Shown here in pieces: positions 17,610 through 26,017 of a DNA stretch of 61,807 bases; positions within the stretch are counted from its first letter, which is position 1, and each line of letters begins with the position of its first letter. The translations under genes and the position numbers were made by a program. The stretch spans positions 1 through 61,807 of IMG/VR virus record IMGVR_UViG_3300042549_003657. One strand, written 5' to 3'. This DNA comes from a virus (taxonomy: Duplodnaviria > Caudoviricetes). The notes under the pieces were generated by a model that searched no databases, was not told where the DNA came from, and was given only the letters and a program-made list of their open reading frames with translations.

Positions 17610-19220
17610 ATGATTAACGCGAACCAGATCACGTCCCGTCTTCGGATGATGAGCGACCAGGAACTGCAGCGCTTCGCTGAGATGCACAAGCAGGATCCGT
17701 ACATGTTCCCCTTGGCGTTCAACGAGAGCAACATGCGCAAAGAGCTGCGCTCTGCTCCGCAAGGGCAAGGCGCGGCTCCCCAGGCGCCAGTGAACCAGCA
17801 AGCCTTGGCTGCAATGCAGCCCGCTCAGTTGCCAGAAGACCAGGGTATTGGTGCGCTGAACCCCAACATGCAGTTTGCTGATGGCGGCTTGGTCGCGTTT
17901 GCAGGCGGTGGTGAGTCCACAGCCGGCCCGTATGCCCACGCCGATGATCGCGATTTCGGCACTGGCGGTGTTGCCTACGCAGATGGCGGAGCGATTCGGT
18001 TTCAGAACCGAGGCAGCGTACCGGGTTCCGAGTATTGGCCAGAAGGCGTGTTCGCGCCCACTAAACGCCGGCACTGGACAGCACCGAACCCGGTTCGAGA
18101 CACGCCGCTAATTGGCGAAGAAGATATTAGAAATATCCCTCTCGTGCGTTCCGTGCAGACGTCTGCTGAGATGCAAAAAGCTAACGAGGGGAACCCCGAA
18201 GGGGATTGGACATACGCAAAACTTAAGAATCGTACTGCACCCCCCGTTAGCCCCGTTAGCCCCCTTCCAACCGACTACGCAACACGTACTGGCGGTGGTG
18301 CATCCATGCCCCCTCTCCCAACTTCACCCGGAGGCCCTGGAGCAGCACAACCTAGCGCAGGGCTAGGTGCAATCCCTCGCGCTCCTGCCGGAGCCGCACC
18401 CGTGGCGGCGGATGACAGCTTCATAAAAAGCATACGCAAAGTGTATGCAGACGCTGAAGAAGCGCAAGCAAAGCGCGATGCGCAGCGGGAGATGGAATAT
18501 CTCGCAAACCGCCCTGAGTCCGAGTCGTTCAAAGAACGCAAGGCCGCGCTCGAAGAAGACCGTGCCGATGTAGAGAAAGAGCAGCGAACAAACGAAGGCT
18601 TGGCTTGGCTGACGTTCGCATCCAAGGTTGTGCAGCCCGGTAAGAACGCCATTCAAGCGATTGTTGAAGGGGCGTCTGCTGGAGGCGAGCAGTACTCGCG
18701 CGCGCAGAAAGACCTCAAGAAAGCCGAGAAAGAACGCAAGATGGGCTTGGCCGCGCTTGCCGAAGCGGAACGCTCAGCAAAAGCCGGAGACTTCGAGAAG
18801 GCGCAAGCGCGTAGAGACGCTATGGCTGCCCGTAGCGAGAACAGCATGAAGGCCCAGGTTGATGCTGTTGCAGCCGCTTATGGAATAACGCATAAAGAAG
18901 CGCACGACATGTTGCTTGCGCAAATGCAGATAACGTCTCAAAAAGAAATTGCTGCAGCGGGGAACGCAACGACGCTTCAGGCTACTCAGATGCGTCTGCA
19001 AGCGGAAGAGCGTGCCGATAATTTACGTTACGCAGCAGCACAAGCAAAGCTTGGTGCGGAGGATGTAGAGGGGCTCATGAAGTTTGCGCAGGCAAACCCA
19101 CTGCTAAAACCTCAAGAAGCGGTTGAACAGTACAGAGCGATGCGGGCAACCTTTGCCGCAATGAACAAGGCGTCGGTTTCAGAAACGCCTCCTCCGGTTA
19201 TTCGTCCCCCAAAACCTTAA
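17610..19220 (+). CDS. Internal virion / ejection protein
   Basis: FADGGLVAFAGGG and YADGG motifs, Pro-rich linker, long coiled coil; lies between the pilot protein and the giant protein. Confidence 0.65.
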   Translation: MINANQITSRLRMMSDQELQRFAEMHKQDPYMFPLAFNESNMRKELRSAPQGQGAAPQAPVNQQALAAMQPAQLPEDQGIGALNPNMQFADGGLVAFAGGGESTAGPYAHADDRDFGTGGVAYADGGAIRFQNRGSVPGSEYWPEGVFAPTKRRHWTAPNPVRDTPLIGEEDIRNIPLVRSVQTSAEMQKANEGNPEGDWTYAKLKNRTAPPVSPVSPLPTDYATRTGGGASMPPLPTSPGGPGAAQPSAGLGAIPRAPAGAAPVAADDSFIKSIRKVYADAEEAQAKRDAQREMEYLANRPESESFKERKAALEEDRADVEKEQRTNEGLAWLTFASKVVQPGKNAIQAIVEGASAGGEQYSRAQKDLKKAEKERKMGLAALAEAERSAKAGDFEKAQARRDAMAARSENSMKAQVDAVAAAYGITHKEAHDMLLAQMQITSQKEIAAAGNATTLQATQMRLQAEERADNLRYAAAQAKLGAEDVEGLMKFAQANPLLKPQEAVEQYRAMRATFAAMNKASVSETPPPVIRPPKP

Positions 19221-19251
19221 ACAGGGGTTTTTTGCCCACGAACGTTTAAAC

Positions 19252-19281
19252 TAAAAACGCCGGTACGTACCGGCGTTTTTA
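19252..19281. terminator. Perfect 30-bp palindrome (bidirectional terminator-like or binding site)
   Basis: taaaaacgccggtacgtaccggcgttttta is its own reverse complement, with a GC core flanked by A5 and T5. Confidence 0.6.
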
Positions 19282-19302
19282 CACCTAACAGACACCACAG
19301 CT

Positions 19303-22300
19303 ATGGCCTACGTAATTCTTCCTGACGGTTCTGGATATCCTATTCAAGAAGGGCAGTCACCGCAGGAGGCTATGTCGGCTGCGCTGCGGCAGTACCCCGA
19401 AGCCTTCGGTTTTGCCCCGTCGAAACCTAAAGAAGACACCTCCGGCGGGATTGCTGCTGCAAGCGCAGGGCTCAAGCGCCTGAAGGGTGAAGGGGCGCTG
19501 ACTCTAGGCAAGATGGGCTTGATGGGCCTGCCCGAAGCGGAGAAGTACTACAAGGAGCAGGAAGCCGCTGCTGCACAGCGGTTCACCCCAACGCAAGATG
19601 ACTGGTCTACGTCTCCTTGGCTGAAGTTCAAAGAGACGCTAGGCGGCTCGTTGCCCTATATGGCGGCACCACTAGCGGCGGGGTTTGCGGCAACCACACT
19701 GCCGGTGTCTGGAGCTTTGTCGGCGGCAGCGCTGGGTGCTTTGGGTGCTGGCGCAGTGTCTACCGGACAGTTCACAGGCTCGAACTTGGCCGCGCAAATG
19801 GAGACGGGCAAGACGCTGGAAGAAGCCGATCTCGGTAAAGCCGCGTTAACTGCCGTTCCGCAGGCAGCGCTTGATACAGCCGCTATGTTCTTGGCTCCTG
19901 GGCTCGGGAAACTGCTGGGCGCAGCAGGCCGGGAAGTCACGGAAGCGGGCGCTAAAGCGCTGGCTAACCAGACGCTGAAACAGATTGCCTGGGACTACAC
20001 AAAAGCCACCAGTCAGGCTATGACCGCCGAAGGGCTTACCGAAGCAGCACAGCAGCTTCTGGAACGCGCTCAAGCCGGGTTGGACATCAGCGACCCCGAA
20101 GCCCGTAAAGAGTACCTTGAGAGCCTCCAAGGCGGCGCCGCGTTGGCCTTTGTCTTAGGCCCCTTTGGTCGCGCTGTTGATCGCGGAAGTATCAAAGCCC
20201 AGGGCAAGAAGCTAGAAGAAAAACGGCTAGGCGAAGAGCGTGCGGTTGCCGAGGCTAAGCAAGCCGAGGAACGTACTGCGGCCCAAGCCGCTCAAGCCGA
20301 GGCTGACGCAGCGGAAGCGGAGCGCAAGCAGCAGCCTGAGTACCTTCGGGAACTAAACACGCAGTACCAAGCGCTGGAGCGGGAAAAGCAGACGCTGCCG
20401 AAGATAGAAAAGCCCAAGAAGGTCAAGGACGCCTCTGCTGAACAGGAACTCGCGTACGAAGACGCGCTGAAGACTTACGAAGCCGCCGTAGCTGCCAAAA
20501 AGGATTTTATTGAGCGGTACAAACCTGTCAAGCAAGAGTACAAAGAACGGTTCAATGACATCCAGGCGCTGCAAGTAGCAGACCAGACGCAAGAGGCGTT
20601 GCAAGGCGGTGCTGGCCCGATGGCGCAGCCCATGCTGCCTGGGTTTGAGCTTGGCGCTGCACAACCCGGTGCTGCTGAACAACTTGCGGCTGAACAAGAG
20701 AATCAGCAGTACTTCCAACAGCCTGCGGAAGTTACCCCAGCCCCGGCCACCTTGACGCCTACACAGCAGCGCGTAGAGCTAATGCAGCAACGGGACACGC
20801 TCGCTAAAGCCTACACCGAAATCTCTGGGCGGGCGATGAAGAGTGCCGTCCCTGAAGAGCAACGCGCCCTGTTCAATCAGGCGGTGCAGGTCAAGACCGC
20901 GCTGACAGAAGCCGATGCCCAGCTCAAGAATCTTGGCGGTAAATTGCCTACGCTTGAGGCGCTGCAAAAGAAAGAGGTGGAACTCACCAATCTCGCAGAA
21001 AAAGCCAAGACAGCGCCACAGAAACAGGCGGTGTTGGGCAAGCTCGTAGAGGTTCGTCAGCAGATCGCTACCTTTGCAGCGCCTACCGTTGAAGGCCAAG
21101 GCACGCTGGCGTTTAAGCCCACAGCTCAGGAGATTGCGGCTGACAAAACGGCGCGTGCTGAACGCCAGAAACAAGAAGCGCTGGAAGGCGGCGCCGGGCC
21201 GATGCAGCAGACGCTTATTCCTGGTTTAACGGAGCCCGTGCTCCCCACGCGCAAGTTTGATGTTGAGGCCGAGGCTGAACCAACAGCGTTTGATACACAG
21301 GAAGAAGCCCGCAAGCTGTCGATAATGGCGGATCGCAAAGAGGCGCTTTTTAAAAAGCAAGAAGCGGTTGTTGCCGACCTCGACGATAAGGCGTCTACGG
21401 CACCGTTTGCGTCGTATGCAGGGGTGCGCAAAGCCGCCGATGCCGAGCGGAAAAAAGCGGATGAAATGCGTCAAGAAGTTGATGCGATGCGCAAGCAGGT
21501 GGAAGATCTAAAAGCCCAGGCCGCCGTTATTCCGGAAAAAACGGAAGACATGCAGAGGGCCGGTATCGAAAAGAAAATGATGCAGGCCCAGCGCCGGTTT
21601 GAAAGAGCGCAAGCCGTCGGCGATCGAGAAATGGCGGACGCTGAGTACGCCAAGGTCTTAAAACTCCAAGAAAAACTTGCAGAGTTTCCACAGGTCAATC
21701 TTGAACAAGGCGCAGCCGTGCTGCAGGCATACGAAACGGCACTGGCGGAAAAGATTGCCGCAGGTCGTGAGCAGTCGGTTGAAGGTCAACGGGCAGCCAA
21801 TGTTGCGCTGGCAAAGGCCAAGGCCGACATCCAAGCACTGATGGGCACGTCCGAGACCGCCCCGTTGGTTCAAGAAGCCCGTGTTGGTAAGCAGCAAGAC
21901 ATCACGCAACAGCAGCGTGAGCTTGCGCAGTTCGAGGCCGAAGGCCCAGGCGCTGTGACGCCGAAGATGCCTGCAGCCAAGCAAACGGAAGATCTTCGGC
22001 AGGCCCTTCGAGACATTGATCGGTTTGAAGACGAGAGCCCGTCGGTATTCACATCTGCCGCCGATGATGCCAGAGCCGAAGCGCTGCTCAAGTCGATCAC
22101 ACAGTCTCGCAACGTTATGAAGCAACGCACGGCTGCAGCGAATGCCGCCACAAGAGGTCTCCGGCCATTAAACACTGCGGTTGAGCGCGCCGCTAAAGCA
22201 GCCAAGACGGCTCCTGTAAAAGAGAAAGCGGCTCCTACAGCAGCGCCTGCACCCGCACCAAAAACGCCTCAGACACCTGTAGAAAAACGGGAAGAAGCCA

Positions 22301-25300
22301 AGCAAGCTGCGGTAGAGAAACAAGCGGCGGCAAAAAAAGCCGTTGAAGAAAAACGTGCTGCGGCAAAGCGGGCGCAATCGGAAAAAGCAAAGCCTAAAGC
22401 AGAGCCTAAAGCCGCGCCTAAAGCAGAAACCAAGGCTGAAGAAGTAGCCAAAGCTGAGACCGAGACTAGAAGGCTCATGGAAGAGCAGCCGGATCTGTTC
22501 TCAGATGACAAGTTCGACTCGGATACGGACACAGACAACGACGTTGCCTTGCGCGAGAACAATGACCTCTACGACGCTTTCCCGACCAACCTGATAAACC
22601 CTGATGGGGTATCGGCAGCGGAAGACGGGAACTTGATGGGGTTGCTTGAAGCTATCGGGGAGAGTTCTACGCCTTTCAACAGGGCGTTGGTAAAGAACCT
22701 CCAAGATACGCTTAGGGCAGTGGGGCGTCGTCCTAAGCTGATCCTTGTTGAGAACCTCAAAGATAAGGGCGTGAACGTAGCGGGTCTCTACGACCCTGTT
22801 AAGAACCGTATCTACATCGACAATCGCTCGATGCACGAGGAGACAGTACTGCACGAGGCGGTTCACGCAGTGACCCTGGGCGTGCTTCGCGCAGACCCAA
22901 ACACCCTCACCGCAGAGCAACGCGCTGCCCGCTCTGAGCTGGAGTCCCTGTACGCCAAGCTCAAAGACGATCCCGCCTTTGCCAGAGAATACGGCAAGAA
23001 GAACGTCGAAGAGTTCGTCGCTGAACTCATGACAAACGCGAATCTGCGAGAAAAAATCGACGCTGTTAAGCCGGGCTTCTTGCAGCGCTTCTATCAAGCC
23101 ATCATGCGCATGCTGGGCATGGAGCCAAAGAGCCTGTCTGAACAAGCGATGGCTTCAGCGCTCAAGATTTTCCAGCCGCCCAGCCCTATGGCCAAAGACT
23201 CGGTGATGCTGCCGTCGATCATGCGCGGCGTGTTCTCAGGTACCAAGGCCGTTGCAGCAGCAAACGTCGATCCAGGTGCCGTCGCCACGGTCAACGCGTT
23301 GGTGGGTAGATCCGCTTCTCTAGGAGACAAGATCACCGCCTCCGCGATGGGGCTGCGCATGCGCACAATAGCTGCCGACAACTGGGCACCGAGCGAAGCA
23401 CTGATCAAACTCGGCGTATCAAAAGGAAAACTGTCGGAAGCCCAGGCGCTGCAAATGCGGCTCCTGATGCGTGTTTACGACGACACCAGCCGCCTGGCCC
23501 AACGATCGCTTAGTGATGGCCCGCCGAAAATCACACGCAACGCCGATGGCGTGAAAGTCATCGAGGGGCAGACAGATGGCCCCAGCGCAAAGAAGATGGC
23601 CCAGGCGTTGAGCGGATCCAAGCTCGGCAATGCGCACTTTGTGGAAGACTTGTGGACAAGTTGGATGGCTATCCTTCGCGCGGAGCGTGACGGCATCGGC
23701 TACGACAAGCTGAACTACGGCAACGACAAGCAAGGCAACCCGATCCTTAACGCCGAGAAAGCCAAGGCGGTCAAAGCGATTGTCGAGTCTGACGCTGACA
23801 CTAAAAAGGCCTTCGAAGACGCGCGCGCCATCTATCGCCAGTACAACAAAGACTTGCTGCAGTTTTTTGTTGACTCCGGCAGCATGACGCAAGAGAAGGC
23901 CAACGCGCTGACCGCCGGCGACTACGTGCCGTACTACCGCATTACCAAAGGGCTTGTGCAACTATATGTTGGCAGCAGCAAACCTATTACTATTGGCAGC
24001 ATCATTGACCAGCCCCAGCTTAAAGAGCTTGTCGGCGGTGAAGACAAGATCCTGCCCGTCTTCTCCGGCATGGTGCAGAACACGTCGCTCATCGTCCGCT
24101 CGGCTGTGCGAAACATGCAAATGCGTGACGTCGGAAACATGCTGCAAGACATGGGCCTGGCCAAGATCATCCAGGGCGAAGGGCCTCGGGATGTGTTTAC
24201 CGCACGGTTCAGTTCCAAAGGCGAGAAGTACTATGTTCGCTTAGACGAGACCGCGTTCCCACCAGACATCCCCGCCGATGTCGTCATCATGGGGCTGCAA
24301 GGCATCAAGACGGCTATCCCCGCAACCGTGAAGCTGATGGGGCTCCCGGCCAACATTTTGCGCAAGGGCATTACGCGCCTGCCGACCTACGCTTATCGTC
24401 AGCTTATTCGCGACCCGATCCATGCGTACATGACCACTGGCGGTGACTTCTCGGCGGTGATTGATACGTACCGTGAATTCGCCAAGTCTCTCAAAGGCGA
24501 TACGCCTGCAGGTCTGAGCCTTAAGCAGGCCGGGGCGATCAGCAGCGACATCTATCCGGGCAGCCAAGAAGAAATGGCCAACGCGCTGCGCGACGTTACG
24601 AGCGGCAAGAACGGCTGGAATATCAACGGCGTCTTGGCCAAGCTAGACGCGCTGGGGTTGAAGGCCGACACGGCCACACGCGCTGCGCTGTACAACAACT
24701 TCCGCAAGAAAGGTATGTCGCACCTCGAAGCGGTGCTCGGCGCTGCAGAGTCCATGAACTTCTCGCGTCGTGGGACATCCGCCAGCCTGCACTGGCTCTC
24801 CACGATGATCCCGTTCTTCAACTCGCAGATCCAGGGTCTGGATGCGGTCTACCGTGCGGCTATTACTGGCGACACCGCGTTCCAAGCAAAGCTGGATGCG
24901 CGTGCCAAGCTCTGGAAACGTGGCGCACTGATGTTCGGCATGACGTTCGCGTATGCGGCGCTGATGCAGGATGATGAGGCATACAAGACCGCTACACCGC
25001 TGGAGCGTGCGCAGTACTGGTTCTTGCGTATTCCAGGCGTTGATGAGCCGCTGCGCATCCCGATCCCATTCGAGCCGGGGCTTATGTTCAAAGTCATCCC
25101 CGAGATGATCTTCAACACAGCGGCTGGTGACACTAAGGCGCGCGATGCCATGGATGCCTTCGGCAAGATGCTCGCAATGTCGCAACCAATCGGACTCCCA
25201 GCAGGCGTCAAACCGCTCATTGAGCTGGCGGCCAACTACAACTTCTACACCGACGCACCCATCATTTCCGAGCGAGAGTCAGGACTGACAACGGCGCAGC

Positions 25301-25845
25301 AGTTCCGCAATAACACCACGGAGATTGCCAAGATTCTGGGCAAGACGGGCGCTATCTCTCCCGTTAGCGTTGACCACTTGATTCGCGGCTACACAGGCGG
25401 CCTGGGGATATTGCTTGCCAGCATGGCCAACTACCCTCTGCGCCCATTGGTCAGCCCCAACGCGACAGATAAACCTGCACGGGCGCTCAGTGAGATGCCG
25501 GCTATCGGGTCGTTGTTCCAGCCTGCTACGGGCCGGGGCATTGTGGACGCAGCATTCAAGGACGTCGAGGAGTTCCGCAAAGCGGCAGGGACGTATCAAA
25601 GCCTACTCAAATCAGGCAACCGCGCAGATGCCGCAGCTTTCGCTGACAAGTACGCCCGTGAGATTGCGCTGAACTCGACAGGTGGAGCATTCCGGCAGCA
25701 GATGGGTGAGTTGGCGGCTCTCCGACGCCAGATCGAAATGGCGCCTGGGATGTCTTCAGAGCAGAAGCAAGCGCAGATCAAGCGCGTCAAGGAAATGCAG
25801 ATCCAGCTAGCAACGATGATCCGGCAGATGTCTAGCGCACCCTGA
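19303..25845 (+). CDS. Large polyvalent (ejected) protein with a zincin-like HExxH domain and an LPD38-like C-terminal domain
   Basis: AGLYDP..IYI..TVLHEAVH..EEFVAE metallopeptidase-like region; IPFFNSQIQG..YWFLRIPG..RIPIPFEPG..KPLIELAANYNFYT LPD38-like region; coiled-coil N-half. Confidence 0.8.
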   Translation: MAYVILPDGSGYPIQEGQSPQEAMSAALRQYPEAFGFAPSKPKEDTSGGIAAASAGLKRLKGEGALTLGKMGLMGLPEAEKYYKEQEAAAAQRFTPTQDDWSTSPWLKFKETLGGSLPYMAAPLAAGFAATTLPVSGALSAAALGALGAGAVSTGQFTGSNLAAQMETGKTLEEADLGKAALTAVPQAALDTAAMFLAPGLGKLLGAAGREVTEAGAKALANQTLKQIAWDYTKATSQAMTAEGLTEAAQQLLERAQAGLDISDPEARKEYLESLQGGAALAFVLGPFGRAVDRGSIKAQGKKLEEKRLGEERAVAEAKQAEERTAAQAAQAEADAAEAERKQQPEYLRELNTQYQALEREKQTLPKIEKPKKVKDASAEQELAYEDALKTYEAAVAAKKDFIERYKPVKQEYKERFNDIQALQVADQTQEALQGGAGPMAQPMLPGFELGAAQPGAAEQLAAEQENQQYFQQPAEVTPAPATLTPTQQRVELMQQRDTLAKAYTEISGRAMKSAVPEEQRALFNQAVQVKTALTEADAQLKNLGGKLPTLEALQKKEVELTNLAEKAKTAPQKQAVLGKLVEVRQQIATFAAPTVEGQGTLAFKPTAQEIAADKTARAERQKQEALEGGAGPMQQTLIPGLTEPVLPTRKFDVEAEAEPTAFDTQEEARKLSIMADRKEALFKKQEAVVADLDDKASTAPFASYAGVRKAADAERKKADEMRQEVDAMRKQVEDLKAQAAVIPEKTEDMQRAGIEKKMMQAQRRFERAQAVGDREMADAEYAKVLKLQEKLAEFPQVNLEQGAAVLQAYETALAEKIAAGREQSVEGQRAANVALAKAKADIQALMGTSETAPLVQEARVGKQQDITQQQRELAQFEAEGPGAVTPKMPAAKQTEDLRQALRDIDRFEDESPSVFTSAADDARAEALLKSITQSRNVMKQRTAAANAATRGLRPLNTAVERAAKAAKTAPVKEKAAPTAAPAPAPKTPQTPVEKREEAKQAAVEKQAAAKKAVEEKRAAAKRAQSEKAKPKAEPKAAPKAETKAEEVAKAETETRRLMEEQPDLFSDDKFDSDTDTDNDVALRENNDLYDAFPTNLINPDGVSAAEDGNLMGLLEAIGESSTPFNRALVKNLQDTLRAVGRRPKLILVENLKDKGVNVAGLYDPVKNRIYIDNRSMHEETVLHEAVHAVTLGVLRADPNTLTAEQRAARSELESLYAKLKDDPAFAREYGKKNVEEFVAELMTNANLREKIDAVKPGFLQRFYQAIMRMLGMEPKSLSEQAMASALKIFQPPSPMAKDSVMLPSIMRGVFSGTKAVAAANVDPGAVATVNALVGRSASLGDKITASAMGLRMRTIAADNWAPSEALIKLGVSKGKLSEAQALQMRLLMRVYDDTSRLAQRSLSDGPPKITRNADGVKVIEGQTDGPSAKKMAQALSGSKLGNAHFVEDLWTSWMAILRAERDGIGYDKLNYGNDKQGNPILNAEKAKAVKAIVESDADTKKAFEDARAIYRQYNKDLLQFFVDSGSMTQEKANALTAGDYVPYYRITKGLVQLYVGSSKPITIGSIIDQPQLKELVGGEDKILPVFSGMVQNTSLIVRSAVRNMQMRDVGNMLQDMGLAKIIQGEGPRDVFTARFSSKGEKYYVRLDETAFPPDIPADVVIMGLQGIKTAIPATVKLMGLPANILRKGITRLPTYAYRQLIRDPIHAYMTTGGDFSAVIDTYREFAKSLKGDTPAGLSLKQAGAISSDIYPGSQEEMANALRDVTSGKNGWNINGVLAKLDALGLKADTATRAALYNNFRKKGMSHLEAVLGAAESMNFSRRGTSASLHWLSTMIPFFNSQIQGLDAVYRAAITGDTAFQAKLDARAKLWKRGALMFGMTFAYAALMQDDEAYKTATPLERAQYWFLRIPGVDEPLRIPIPFEPGLMFKVIPEMIFNTAAGDTKARDAMDAFGKMLAMSQPIGLPAGVKPLIELAANYNFYTDAPIISERESGLTTAQQFRNNTTEIAKILGKTGAISPVSVDHLIRGYTGGLGILLASMANYPLRPLVSPNATDKPARALSEMPAIGSLFQPATGRGIVDAAFKDVEEFRKAAGTYQSLLKSGNRADAAAFADKYAREIALNSTGGAFRQQMGELAALRRQIEMAPGMSSEQKQAQIKRVKEMQIQLATMIRQMSSAP

Positions 25846-26017
25846 AGAACCACAGACCGAACCGGCCACCGCATACCCCTGCGGTGGCCTCGGCCTCAAC
25901 ACCGTGGTGAAGCGCTGCTCGTAACCCGAGCAAGCGCATCTTTTCTGTGTCCAGGCAGGGTACGAAAAACCCCTGCCCGGGCAACACTTCACTCCACGGA
26001 AATCGTACCCTCTCCAT
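25832..26017 (-). CDS. Small conserved phage protein
   Basis: FPWSEVLPGQGFFVPCLD...GLWFFRVR; GGAG upstream of the ATG at 26017; last gene of the leftward operon. Confidence 0.65.
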   Translation of the reverse strand: MERVRFPWSEVLPGQGFFVPCLDTEKMRLLGLRAALHHGVEAEATAGVCGGRFGLWFFRVR

